This document shows, piece after piece, positions 18,080-27,314 of a stretch of DNA of 64,000 nucleotides (positions within the stretch are counted from its first letter, which is position 1; each line of letters begins with the position of its first letter). The translations under genes and the position numbers were made by a program. Where the stretch lies: contig JAWCKR010000003.1 of assembly GCA_038851755.1 (NCBI GenBank), forward strand, positions 15,294-79,293, read 5' to 3'. The notes beneath the pieces are model-generated. The model was not told where the DNA came from. It saw nothing but the letters and a program-made list of their open reading frames with translations, and did not search any database. This stretch comes from Candidatus Hadarchaeales archaeon. Lineage in GTDB: Archaea > Hadarchaeota > Hadarchaeia > Hadarchaeales > WYZ-LMO6.

Positions 18080-18661
18080 ATGGAGAACCTTCTCGGAATA
18101 GTGATAGCGGCCATCTTCATCAACAACATCGTCCTGACGAAGTTCCTTGGCCTCTGTTCCTTCTTCGGCATCTCCACCAGAATAAAGACCTCGCTCATGA
18201 TGGGCATGGCCGTCACCTTCGTGGCCACCTGTTCCTCCCTCATCACCTGGCTCATCCACCGGTACTTCCTCTTGCCCTTCCACATAGAGTACATGCGGAT
18301 AGTGGCTTTCATCCTGGTGATAGCCTCCTTCGTCCAGCTGGTAGAGATCACCATCAGGAAGCTCTCTCCCTCTCTCTACAGGGCCTTCGGGATCTACCTC
18401 CCCCTCATCACCGTTAACTGCGCCATCTTGGGAGTGACCCTGATCAACGTGGATGTGGAAAGGTATTCCTTTCCGGCTGCCGTGGTCAACGGCTTTGCCA
18501 CGGGCCTGGGTTACACCCTGGCCATCCTCATGATGTCCGGGATGAGGGAGAGGCTGGAGATCTCAGAAGCCCCTCCCTCCTTCCGTGGCCTCCCCCTGGC
18601 CTTCATCACGGCGGCCCTCTTGGCCCTGGCCTTCCAGGGTTTCAGCGGGATGGTGGAGTAG
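18080..18661 (+). CDS. rnfA: Rnf complex subunit A
   Basis: 193 aa, NqrE/RnfA family (LGLCSFFGIS...LPLITVNCAILG). Confidence 0.9.
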   Translation: MENLLGIVIAAIFINNIVLTKFLGLCSFFGISTRIKTSLMMGMAVTFVATCSSLITWLIHRYFLLPFHIEYMRIVAFILVIASFVQLVEITIRKLSPSLYRAFGIYLPLITVNCAILGVTLINVDVERYSFPAAVVNGFATGLGYTLAILMMSGMRERLEISEAPPSFRGLPLAFITAALLALAFQGFSGMVE

Positions 18662-19468
18662 ATGATAGAGGAGATGATGGTCCTGGGGGTGACGGGGGCT
18701 GCCTTCGCCATCATGTTGGTGGTGGCGGCCAGGAAGATGGCCGTTCAGGTGGACGAGAGAGTCGAGAGGATCCGGGAGAAGCTCCCTGGTGCTTCCTGCG
18801 GGGCCTGCGGGTTCAAGGGCGGGTGCGATGCGCTGGCGGAGGAGGTGGTGAAGGACCCCTCCCTCCTGAGCAAGTGCAGGCTGGCGGGACCGGAGGAGAA
18901 GAAGGAGATAGGGAAGATCCTGGGAGTGGAGGTGAAGGAAGAGGAGGAGAAGAGGCTGCCGCGCGTGAGGTGCACGGGCCAGTCCAAGGTCCTCTTCGAA
19001 GCCTCCGGGGAGAGGACCTGCTCGGCCCTCTCCGACCTCGCGGGGGGGCCGCTTGCCTGCCCCTACGGGTGCCTGGGGGTGGGAGACTGCGTGAGGGCAT
19101 GCCCCTTCGGGGCCCTGAGGATGGAGAACGGACTCCCGGCGGTGGACGAGCGGAGGTGCACGGGGTGCGGGCTCTGCGAGCAGACCTGCCCCAGGGGATT
19201 GATCAAGCTCCTCCCCGTGAGCACCAAGGTCCTCCTCCTCTGCAACTCCCCCGCCCCGGGGAAGGAGGTGAACGCTTCCTGCGCCAGCGGCTGCATCAAG
19301 TGCAGGATCTGCGAGAAGGCCTGTCCTGTTCAGGCCATAAAGCTCGACCCCCTGCCCATCATCGATCAGACCCTTTGCAACGCCTGCGGGACCTGTGTGG
19401 AGAAGTGCCCGCGCAAGGTGCTGAAGCTGGGCGTGCCTGTAGCTGCCCCTGCTCCCCCCTCAGGTTAG
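18662..19468 (+). CDS. rnfB: Rnf complex subunit B (polyferredoxin)
   Basis: 268 aa. N-terminal TM anchor plus Cys-rich motifs (CGACGFKGGC and four 4Fe-4S ferredoxin motifs CxxCxxCxxxCP). Confidence 0.85.
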   Translation: MIEEMMVLGVTGAAFAIMLVVAARKMAVQVDERVERIREKLPGASCGACGFKGGCDALAEEVVKDPSLLSKCRLAGPEEKKEIGKILGVEVKEEEEKRLPRVRCTGQSKVLFEASGERTCSALSDLAGGPLACPYGCLGVGDCVRACPFGALRMENGLPAVDERRCTGCGLCEQTCPRGLIKLLPVSTKVLLLCNSPAPGKEVNASCASGCIKCRICEKACPVQAIKLDPLPIIDQTLCNACGTCVEKCPRKVLKLGVPVAAPAPPSG

Positions 19469-21586
19469 TTTCTCTATCCGGGGAAGGTCCCAGGAGTCCG
19501 AGTACAGGATCCTCCCGTCCGAGCCCACCAGCATGGCCTTCACGGTCCTACCCGAGGAGGAGAGGTTATCGGCCAGTTCCTTCCCCTTCTCCGGTCCCAG
19601 CACGAAGAGGGTAGTGCTCAGGGCGTCTGCGTCCGTGCAGTTACTCGCTATCACCGTGACGCTCATGCATTCTCCCGCCGGTTTCCCCGTCCTGGGGTCG
19701 AGGATGTGGTGGACCCTCTGGGAGCCCAGGAGGAAGAACCTCCTGTAGTCCCCCGAGGTGGCGATGGAGAAGTTCTCCAGCTCCAGCACCAGCATCACCT
19801 CCTCCTTCCTGGGGTGCTGTACCCCTATCGTCCAGACCTTCCCGAACCCCCTTATCTCCCCCCCCACGTTCACCAACCCAGCCCCCACCCCGGCTTCCCT
19901 CAGGACTTGACAGGCCCTGTCCACCGCGTACCCCTTCGCTATTCCTCCCAGGGTCACTCCCATCCCCTCCTGTGAGAACCTGGCCCTCCCGTTCTCCACC
20001 TCCAGCTTCTCCCACCCCACCCTCGCGAGAACCTCCGAGAGTCTCTCGCCGGAAGGGAGCTTTCCCTTCTCCTTCACCTCCTTCATCCAAAGGTCCACCA
20101 GGGGCTTCACCGTGATGTCGAAAGCCCCTCCAGAGAGCTCGGAGTAATCCAGGGAGGAGCGCAGGAGGAAGAGGGTTTCCTCCGAGAGTTCCACCCAGGA
20201 GGTTCCGCCGTGGTTCAGGAGGTAGATCTCAGCCCTCTTATCCTCGGCGGACATGAGACCCTCCACCCTCTTGATTTCCCTGTAGGCTGCTCTCACAGCT
20301 TCCTTCGCCTTAGCCGTGTTCTCGTCCACCACCTGGATCTCCACGAACGTGTCCATGGCCAGACCCTCCCCCACCACCCTGTCCCCTCTGAGGTGGATGG
20401 TCAGGGGCTGCACGGTGAGGGAGCTCAGGAGGAGGGCGGTGAGGGCCGCCATCCCCAGCGAGGCCCCGGCCACCTTCCGGCTCTCCTCCCCCAGCCTGGG
20501 AAGGAAGAAGAGGGAGGAGGAAAGCACGGCCTGGGAGAGGAGGAAGCCGGAGGCCATCCCCACCACCCCGAACTCTTTCCCCAGCACCACGATCCCCGCG
20601 AGCCCCACGGCGAGGGAGGAAAAGTAGGAAAGGAGAACGGAGGAGGTCTCCTGCCTGGAGTAGAGGCGGGAGAGCTCGATCTGGGCCACCACGGCCAGGG
20701 GGAGGGAGAGGGCCATCACGCGCAGGACCTTCGCCCCCTCCCCGAAGCCGGGGAAAAGGGAGGGGAGGAACAGGGAGAGGAGGAGGGCGGAGAGGAGGAG
20801 GGGGAAGGAACAGAAGAGGGCCTTCTTCTCCGTTCTCCCCACCCTTCTCCCCGCGGCTCTCTCCGGGAGGAGGTAGAAGAGGAGGATTTGGGGGAAGGAG
20901 GCGAAGAGGAGGAAGAACCTGTTCCCGAACTGGTACATGCCCAGCTCCTCCCTCCCGAAGAGGGGCCCTATGACCACCTTGTCCAGCAGGTTCATGGAGG
21001 CCGCCCCCAGGTCTGCCATCCAGAGGCCCAGGAGGAAGGTGGGGGGAGGAAGGGAGAGTTCCCTTCCCCGGGTCCTGAGGAGGGGGAGGGAGAAGGGAAG
21101 GTAGGAGAGGGAGAGCCCCAGCACGAGCCACCTCACCTCCTCCAGCCTGAGGTAGAGGAGGAAGGGGAGGAGGAGGGTGAGGCTCCTCGCCCCCACCCAG
21201 AGCAGGAGATACCGGCGGTAGGAGCGCCTGGAGAGCTCGAAGTGGAAGCTCAGGGAGAAGAGGGAGAGGGAGAGGAGGAGGAGACCCGTCCAGGGATCCA
21301 GTAGGAGAGAGAGGAGGGTCCCGGCGACTACGCTGGGAAGGAGACCCAGCAGGAGGCACCCCTTCAGTATCCCTTCACCTTTCCTTGGATAGAGGGCCAG
21401 GGAGGCCTTCCCCGCCCCGAGAAGGGAGACCCCGGAGAGGAGCATGGCCAGCGACACCTTCCACGCCACCTCCCCGTAGGCGAAGGGGTGGAGGAGGAGG
21501 GCCAGGAGGACCCAGAAGAGGAAGCCTGAGAGGGTGGCGAAGAGCTGCGCCACCGCCACGTGGAGCACGCCTCCCTTTGCCTCCAT
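19460..21586 (-). CDS. apbE: Polytopic membrane domain (MOP-flippase-like) fused in frame to FAD:protein FMN transferase ApbE
   Basis: ORF 19460..21844 has no stop across two parts: an N-terminal ~430-aa Leu/Ser-rich multi-TM region and a C-terminal ~330-aa ApbE domain (GGIAKGYAVD, SGDYRRFF, HHILDPRTG). Start placed at Met87 (MEAKGG..., 21586). 3' end overlaps the rnfB 3' end by 9 nt (convergent). Confidence 0.65.
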   Translation of the reverse strand: MEAKGGVLHVAVAQLFATLSGFLFWVLLALLLHPFAYGEVAWKVSLAMLLSGVSLLGAGKASLALYPRKGEGILKGCLLLGLLPSVVAGTLLSLLLDPWTGLLLLSLSLFSLSFHFELSRRSYRRYLLLWVGARSLTLLLPFLLYLRLEEVRWLVLGLSLSYLPFSLPLLRTRGRELSLPPPTFLLGLWMADLGAASMNLLDKVVIGPLFGREELGMYQFGNRFFLLFASFPQILLFYLLPERAAGRRVGRTEKKALFCSFPLLLSALLLSLFLPSLFPGFGEGAKVLRVMALSLPLAVVAQIELSRLYSRQETSSVLLSYFSSLAVGLAGIVVLGKEFGVVGMASGFLLSQAVLSSSLFFLPRLGEESRKVAGASLGMAALTALLLSSLTVQPLTIHLRGDRVVGEGLAMDTFVEIQVVDENTAKAKEAVRAAYREIKRVEGLMSAEDKRAEIYLLNHGGTSWVELSEETLFLLRSSLDYSELSGGAFDITVKPLVDLWMKEVKEKGKLPSGERLSEVLARVGWEKLEVENGRARFSQEGMGVTLGGIAKGYAVDRACQVLREAGVGAGLVNVGGEIRGFGKVWTIGVQHPRKEEVMLVLELENFSIATSGDYRRFFLLGSQRVHHILDPRTGKPAGECMSVTVIASNCTDADALSTTLFVLGPEKGKELADNLSSSGRTVKAMLVGSDGRILYSDSWDLPRIEKLT

Positions 21587-22429
21587 CCCCAGTCCTTTCC
21601 CGCTGGAAGCTATATACCGTCCCAGGTAGGAGGGCTTGAAATGCTGGTTCCCTCCTCTCACGGGGAGGTGAGGGTGGTGAAGTGCGGTGCGGAACTCTCG
21701 GGCAGGGTTCCCTACTGGACGCACTTCTACCTCTACAGGGGCCTGGTGATAGACACCGGTTGCCCGCACACGGCGGGTGAGGTGGGGGAGTTCGTGGGGG
21801 GAAGGGGGAGAGTGGTCCTGCTCACCCACCATCACGAGGATCACGTGGGTGGGGCGGTGGCCCTCCAGGGCAGGCTCAGGATCTTTGCCCCCACCAGCTC
21901 ACTCCCCCTGCTCGAGCATCCGCCCGAGGTCCCCGATTACCGGAAGCTGGTGTGGGGACAGCCCCAGCCCCTGAGGGCGGAGCCCCTCCCTTCTCCCCTG
22001 CGTTTCGGCGGGCTGGAGGTGGAGGTCCTCGAGACCCCCGGGCACACCTTCGATCACGTTTCCTTTCTGGTGGACCGGAAGCTCTTCGCCGGCGACCTCG
22101 TGCTGGCGCCAGGGCAGATGGTGTGCATGAGGCAGGAGGAGCTCAGGGAGACGATGGAGTCCCTGGAGAGGGTCCTGGGACTGGACTTCGACCAGGCCTA
22201 CACCGGAGTGGGGGTCTTCTCCAGGGCTGAGGTGGAGGCCTACCTGGAGTACCTGGAGGGGCTGAGGGAGAGGGTGGAGGGTCTCCACCGGAAGGGGAAG
22301 AGCCCGGAGGAGATCGTGGAGGAGATCTTTCCCCATCCCCCCGAAAAGGTTGAGCTGATGGAGGTAGTGAGCGACAGGGAGTGGTCGAGGGAGAACATGG
22401 TCCGATCCCTCCTCGGCCTCCCGCGCTAG
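21560..22429 (+). CDS. MBL-fold metallo-hydrolase
   Basis: HHHEDH and downstream His/Asp ligands. GTG start at 21560, alternative ATG about 21641. Confidence 0.8.
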   Translation: MEHASLCLHPQSFPAGSYIPSQVGGLEMLVPSSHGEVRVVKCGAELSGRVPYWTHFYLYRGLVIDTGCPHTAGEVGEFVGGRGRVVLLTHHHEDHVGGAVALQGRLRIFAPTSSLPLLEHPPEVPDYRKLVWGQPQPLRAEPLPSPLRFGGLEVEVLETPGHTFDHVSFLVDRKLFAGDLVLAPGQMVCMRQEELRETMESLERVLGLDFDQAYTGVGVFSRAEVEAYLEYLEGLRERVEGLHRKGKSPEEIVEEIFPHPPEKVELMEVVSDREWSRENMVRSLLGLPR

Positions 22430-22467
22430 CGTTGCCGGCGGGGATAAAAGGACTCTGGGGAAAGGGA

Positions 22468-23046
22468 ATGATGCTCGGGGAAGCGGGGAAGATCTTCGTG
22501 GCCCTTTTCGTGATTATGGACCCATTCGGTAGCATCCCGATCTTCCTCCTGGCCACGGAGGGGATGGAGGGAAGGAGGGTGAGCCGTGCGGCCGGCTACG
22601 CAGTCGGCGTGGCTGCCCTGGTCCTCTTCTTCTTCCTCTTCCTGGGAGACCCCCTCTTCCGGGTCCTGAGGATCGAGTTCTCCTCCCTGAGGATTGGAGG
22701 GGGGCTGGTGCTGGGGGTGCTGGGCATGGAGCTGGTGCTGGGCAGGAGCCTCCTGAGGGGGGAGAGGAAGGGTTCTCCCGCCCTCTCCCTGATAGGGACT
22801 CCCATGCTCACTGGTCCAGGGGTCATCGTCTCCACCATGATCTTCGTGAGGACCTACGGTTACCTCCCCGTCATCCTGGCCTCCCTGCCCCTCCTGGCTT
22901 CGAGCTGGGCCGTGCTCAGGCTTTCCTCTTCCTTCCACAGGGTGCTGGGAAGGGATGGAATAGAGATCCTGTCGAGGGTGATGGGCCTTCTCCTGGTGAC
23001 GATAGCCGTGGACCTGGTCATGGGAGGGATAAGGGCGGCCCTTTGA
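22468..23046 (+). CDS. MarC/UPF0056 family integral membrane protein
   Basis: FVALFVIMDPFGSIPIFL N-terminal signature. Start taken at Met30 of ORF 22381..23046. Confidence 0.8.
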   Translation: MMLGEAGKIFVALFVIMDPFGSIPIFLLATEGMEGRRVSRAAGYAVGVAALVLFFFLFLGDPLFRVLRIEFSSLRIGGGLVLGVLGMELVLGRSLLRGERKGSPALSLIGTPMLTGPGVIVSTMIFVRTYGYLPVILASLPLLASSWAVLRLSSSFHRVLGRDGIEILSRVMGLLLVTIAVDLVMGGIRAAL

Positions 23047-23055
23047 GCCTCGGAA

Positions 23056-23823
23056 ATGATTTTATGTGAGGGGCTCCAACGCCTCCCGATGAGGAGGGGT
23101 GAGGCCTTCGAGCTGGTGCTGGTCGTCCTTGCCCTGGTCAGCGTGGCCCTCCTCCTGTACGAGCTGGACCATCCCGAGACGGCTTGGTTCACCTCCTCCT
23201 GCGACTTCGTCATAGCCCTCCTCTTCCTGGGGGAGTACCTCTCCTCCACCTTCAGAGCGGAGCGCAGGCTGCGCTACGCCCTCACCCACTGGTACGACCT
23301 GCTGGCCTCCATCCCCATCCCCTTTTCCGCCGTCAGGATGTTCAGGACGATAAGGGTGGTGAGGCTGGTGAGGGTGATCCGGACCCTGAGGGTCCTGAGG
23401 CTCAGCAGGGCCTTCACCTTCCTCTCGGAGAGCAGACTGGGTACGGTGGTGGTGGCCCTCCTCATGGTCCTCCTCTTCGGTGCCACCTCCTTCCACATCC
23501 TCGAATATGGACAGAACCCCTCCCTCCACGGGTCCCTGGACGCCCTCTACTGGGCCGCGGCCACCCTCTCCACGGTCGGCTACGGGGATATCGTGGCGGT
23601 GACCTCGGCCGGGAAGGTGCTCACCGTGGTCCTCATGCTCTTCGGGATAGGGGTGTATGCCACGCTGGCGGGTCTGCTGGCCGGTTACCTGGTCAAGGGG
23701 CGGGAGGGAGAGGAGGACCTGGAAGAAAGGATAGCCAGGATGGAGGCCGAGATCCGGGAGATCTCAGGAGTCCTTCGGTCCGGGTGGAAGGAGGATTCAG
23801 GGGGGGAATCGAGGAACCCTTGA
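23056..23823 (+). CDS. Voltage-gated potassium channel (KvAP-like)
   Basis: S4 voltage sensor RVVRLVRVIRTLRVLRLSR, pore helix plus selectivity filter TVGYGD. 6TM architecture. Confidence 0.85.
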   Translation: MILCEGLQRLPMRRGEAFELVLVVLALVSVALLLYELDHPETAWFTSSCDFVIALLFLGEYLSSTFRAERRLRYALTHWYDLLASIPIPFSAVRMFRTIRVVRLVRVIRTLRVLRLSRAFTFLSESRLGTVVVALLMVLLFGATSFHILEYGQNPSLHGSLDALYWAAATLSTVGYGDIVAVTSAGKVLTVVLMLFGIGVYATLAGLLAGYLVKGREGEEDLEERIARMEAEIREISGVLRSGWKEDSGGESRNP

Positions 23824-24465
23824 GAGGTCCAGCACCTCCCCTCCCTTTCTCCTGAGGAGTTCAGCCGGCAGGTCCCACACCGCCCTTGCCCTCTCCACGA
23901 TCACCCTGTCGCTTGAGGCCGAGATCTCGCAGGAGCTCACTTCCCTGTCCACTCCTCGCACCGCCCGGCACACCGCCTCCACCCCGCGCCTCTCCAGGAT
24001 CTCCCCGGTCTTCCTGGCGAGTTCCCCGCTCCCGCTGGCTGGGCTGTCGAAGAAGACCCTCACCTCCCTGGGTTCCGCCTTCTCCAGGAGGAGGGCCACC
24101 TCCTCCAGGACCTCCCAGGTGTGTTCGCCCACACGGTACTTCCCGAAGACCGTCCTCAGGTCCCTCAGGAGCCCGTCGTCGCACCTTATCACGGGGTCCC
24201 CCCTCAGGAGGCTCTCGCAGGTGATGAGGACGTTGTATCCGTCCACTCCCACCGTCCTTCTCCTGACCTCCCTCCAGGAGACCAGCTTCTTCCCATGTTC
24301 CTCGGCCTCCCCCCTGGAGAAGACGCAGCGGGTGAGGAGGTGGCGCTCACGTGAGGGCAGGCAGTAGTGGTCTGAGACCACCCTCACCGCCGTTTCCCTG
24401 GGGTATCCGCGGTCGAGGAGGTACCTCAGGTCCCTGATGGCCTCCTCCGTCCTCTCACTCCACAT
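23797..24465 (-). CDS. DUF434-family protein (archaeal, conserved upstream of leuS)
   Basis: 222 aa. N-terminal AIRDLRYLLDRGYPRETAVRVVSDHY motif. 11-nt overlap with the leuS 3' end. Confidence 0.55.
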   Translation of the reverse strand: MWSERTEEAIRDLRYLLDRGYPRETAVRVVSDHYCLPSRERHLLTRCVFSRGEAEEHGKKLVSWREVRRRTVGVDGYNVLITCESLLRGDPVIRCDDGLLRDLRTVFGKYRVGEHTWEVLEEVALLLEKAEPREVRVFFDSPASGSGELARKTGEILERRGVEAVCRAVRGVDREVSSCEISASSDRVIVERARAVWDLPAELLRRKGGEVLDLSRVPRFPP

Positions 24466-27313
24466 AGATGGCGGGCCTGAGGGGAAGGGCCCCCTTGCTC
24501 CTCCCCTTCGGGTCGTAGACCCCTGGATCGTCCTCCCTGAAGACCCTCACCTCCACACCCAGCTGCTTCTCCAGGTAGGAGGAGTTCTCCCTCAGGACCT
24601 CGTACTCGTCCACTCCCCTCGAGAGGAGGGCGAGCCTCTCCTCGGGCAGATCCCTGCTCCCCTCCAGGACCTTCGCCAGGAAGGGCGCCAGCTCGGCTTT
24701 GGGCTTCCCTATCGTGCCCTCCAGGTGCCTGAGGAGTTCGCTCCTGTCCTTTCTCCCGAGCGAGAGCTGCCTGAGGATCTCCCTGTGGGCCTCCCTCTTC
24801 CAGGCCGAGGGGGTGTAGAGGCAGACGAGCCTGGGCTTTACCTTCACCACCTTCACGATCTTCCCCACGTCCTCGAGCACGGAGGAGAGGAACTCCTCCT
24901 TGAACTCGGCCTCCGGGTCCTTCAGTCCCTCCTCCACCTCCGGCCAGGGGGCGAGGGAGACGAAGCCCTTCTCCCCCATCCTCTTCCAGAGCTCCTCGCA
25001 AAGGTGGGGGATGAAGGGGGCCAGGAGACGGACCCAGACGTGAAGCACCTTCTTCACCACCTCTCCCCTCGCCCCTTCCCCCCTCCAGGAGAGGTACTTC
25101 CTCACGTCCTGCTGGAGGAAGAAGAAGGAGTGCTGCAGGGCCCTCCTCGTCTCGAACCTCTCCATGGCCTGCGTGGTCTCCTCCACCCTCCTCTGGAGCC
25201 TGCTCAGCAGCCACCTCTCCGGGAGTTCGAGGGGGAGGGAGGGTGAGGGCAGGGAGAGGATCTCCTCGCAGAGGGAGTAGAACCTCTCCAGCCCCTTCAC
25301 CATGGCCTCCGCCTCGACCTTCCTCCAGTTGAAGTCCTGCCAGGGCTCAGAGGAGGACATGAGGTAGAGCCTCACGGCGTCCGCCCCGTACTCCTGCACG
25401 GCCTTGTTCACCTCCACCAGGTTTCCCTTGGAGGAGGACATCTTCTGGCCCTCCAGCACCGCTATCCCGAAGCAGACGATTCCCCTGGGCAGGCGGTGGG
25501 GGAAGAGGAGCGCGTGGTGGAAGACGAAGAAGGTGAGGTGGTTGGGGATGAGTTCGCTTGCCGACATGCGGTAGTCCAGGGGGTACCAGTACTCGAACTC
25601 CTCCCTCAGGCGCTGCAGCGTGGGAAGGGGGATGCCGGAGGAGCGGGAGAGGACCTCGGGGTCTCCCTTTCCGTAGAACACGAAGTCGAAGACCTCGTCG
25701 TTCAGCTTCTCGGGATCGAGCTGCTTGAGGAGGTGGGAGAGGGGGTAGTAGGCCATGTAGATGGTGGAGTCGCTCAGGGACTCGATGATCCAGCCCGGGT
25801 CCCAGGGGGCCTTCGTGCCCATGCCCACCTTCCTGGTGCAGGGCCACTCGCGGAGCCACTCTATGGTGTGCTCGTACTGGGCCCTCGTCTCCGGGGGGAC
25901 GAGTTCCATCTTCCCCAGCACCTCCCTGGCCTTTTCCTTCCAGCCCTCGTCGGCGTAGTTCAAGAACCACTGGTCCTCCACCACCTTCACCACCACGGGT
26001 GAACCGCACCTGCACCTCACGGGCTTGAGGGAGAACTCGTACATGATGGCCGCCTCCCCCGTGGAGAGGAGGTCCTGCTTCACCAGGTTCTTGGCCTCCG
26101 ACACCGGCTTTCCACCGTAGACGGGTATCCAGCTCCTCATCCTACCCTTCGCGAACTCCGTCCTGTACACCCTGGAGGTGGCCTCCTCCAGCTTGGGGTC
26201 CAGCTGACCCTTTATTCCAAGCCTCTCCACCTCCTCCACCGCCGGGAACTCCCCGTACCCCTCCACCTCGATCAGGGAGAGGGGCCGGAGCCTCTCCGCC
26301 TCCACCCCGAGGCGCTTCAGCTCCTCGGGTCTCCCCTTGAGCTCCTCCAGTGCCACATGGTCGTAGGGGGCGTGCGAGGGGACGGAGCCCACCACCCCCG
26401 TGGCGTTGTCCGGGTCCACGAAGTCGGCCGGAAGGATGGGCACCTTCTTCCTCGTCAGCGGGACCTCCACCTCCGAGCCGAACTTCACCCTGAAGGGTCT
26501 GACCTCCCCCACCCTGTAGCCCTGCTCCGCCAGCTTGGCCACGGCCTGCTCGCTCACCACCCACCTCTCCCCGTCCACCTCCACCTCCACGTAGTTCGCC
26601 TTCGGGTTGAGCCAGAGGTTGGTGACCCCGAAGACGGTCTCGGGCCTGAGCGTGGCGGCGGGCAGGACCTTCCCGTCCTGCCGGTACTTCAGGAGGGTGA
26701 ACTCCAGCATCTCCGCCTCCTCACCCTCCAGCAGGTCGTGGTCCGTGACGGGGTTGCCGTCCCTGGGGCACCACCTCACGGGGTGCTTCCCCTTCACGAT
26801 GAGCCCCGCCTCCATGATCTTGTGGTACTGCCAGGTCACGAACCTGCTGTAGGGGGGGTCCACGGTGGTGAAGTCCCTCCTCCAGTCTATGGAGAGACCC
26901 AGCCACTTCATACCCTTCTTGTAGCTGAGGTCGCTGATCTCGGCGAAGTAGGTCCCGAAGTACTTGGGGTCCTCCATCCTGGACAGGAGTTCCTGCGGGA
27001 CGCCGTAGCGCCTGGTGAGGAGCTCCACGTAGGCCGGCTCCCTCCTCGCCACCCTCTTGGAGGCCCCCACGATGGGCGTGCCCGTGAAGTGGAAGGCCAT
27101 GGGGAAGAGGACGTTGTACCCCCTCATGCGCTTGTACCTGGCGATCACGTCGGGGATGGTGTAGGTGCGGGCATGGCCTATGTGCATGGGGCCGGAAACG
27201 TACGGGTAGGCCACGGTGAGGTAGAACTTGGGCCTTCCATCGGGCTCGGCCTGGAAGATCCCCGCCTTCTCCCACTCCTCCTGCCACTTCCTCTCTATAC
27301 CCTTGAGGTCCAT
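24455..27313 (-). CDS. leuS: Leucyl-tRNA synthetase (archaeal type)
   Basis: 952 aa. HIGH motif (PMHIGHARTY) and KMSKS motif (KMSSSKGN); CP1 editing domain. Confidence 0.95.
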   Translation of the reverse strand: MDLKGIERKWQEEWEKAGIFQAEPDGRPKFYLTVAYPYVSGPMHIGHARTYTIPDVIARYKRMRGYNVLFPMAFHFTGTPIVGASKRVARREPAYVELLTRRYGVPQELLSRMEDPKYFGTYFAEISDLSYKKGMKWLGLSIDWRRDFTTVDPPYSRFVTWQYHKIMEAGLIVKGKHPVRWCPRDGNPVTDHDLLEGEEAEMLEFTLLKYRQDGKVLPAATLRPETVFGVTNLWLNPKANYVEVEVDGERWVVSEQAVAKLAEQGYRVGEVRPFRVKFGSEVEVPLTRKKVPILPADFVDPDNATGVVGSVPSHAPYDHVALEELKGRPEELKRLGVEAERLRPLSLIEVEGYGEFPAVEEVERLGIKGQLDPKLEEATSRVYRTEFAKGRMRSWIPVYGGKPVSEAKNLVKQDLLSTGEAAIMYEFSLKPVRCRCGSPVVVKVVEDQWFLNYADEGWKEKAREVLGKMELVPPETRAQYEHTIEWLREWPCTRKVGMGTKAPWDPGWIIESLSDSTIYMAYYPLSHLLKQLDPEKLNDEVFDFVFYGKGDPEVLSRSSGIPLPTLQRLREEFEYWYPLDYRMSASELIPNHLTFFVFHHALLFPHRLPRGIVCFGIAVLEGQKMSSSKGNLVEVNKAVQEYGADAVRLYLMSSSEPWQDFNWRKVEAEAMVKGLERFYSLCEEILSLPSPSLPLELPERWLLSRLQRRVEETTQAMERFETRRALQHSFFFLQQDVRKYLSWRGEGARGEVVKKVLHVWVRLLAPFIPHLCEELWKRMGEKGFVSLAPWPEVEEGLKDPEAEFKEEFLSSVLEDVGKIVKVVKVKPRLVCLYTPSAWKREAHREILRQLSLGRKDRSELLRHLEGTIGKPKAELAPFLAKVLEGSRDLPEERLALLSRGVDEYEVLRENSSYLEKQLGVEVRVFREDDPGVYDPKGRSKGALPLRPAIYVE

Positions 27314-27314
27314 C

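Noticed and set aside
21560-21844. First 86 codons of the apbE-fusion ORF (MILVMVGEQDHSPPS...)
   Set aside because: Hydrophilic His/Pro/Arg-rich and overlaps the divergent MBL-hydrolase gene start. Start moved to Met87 where the hydrophobic domain begins.
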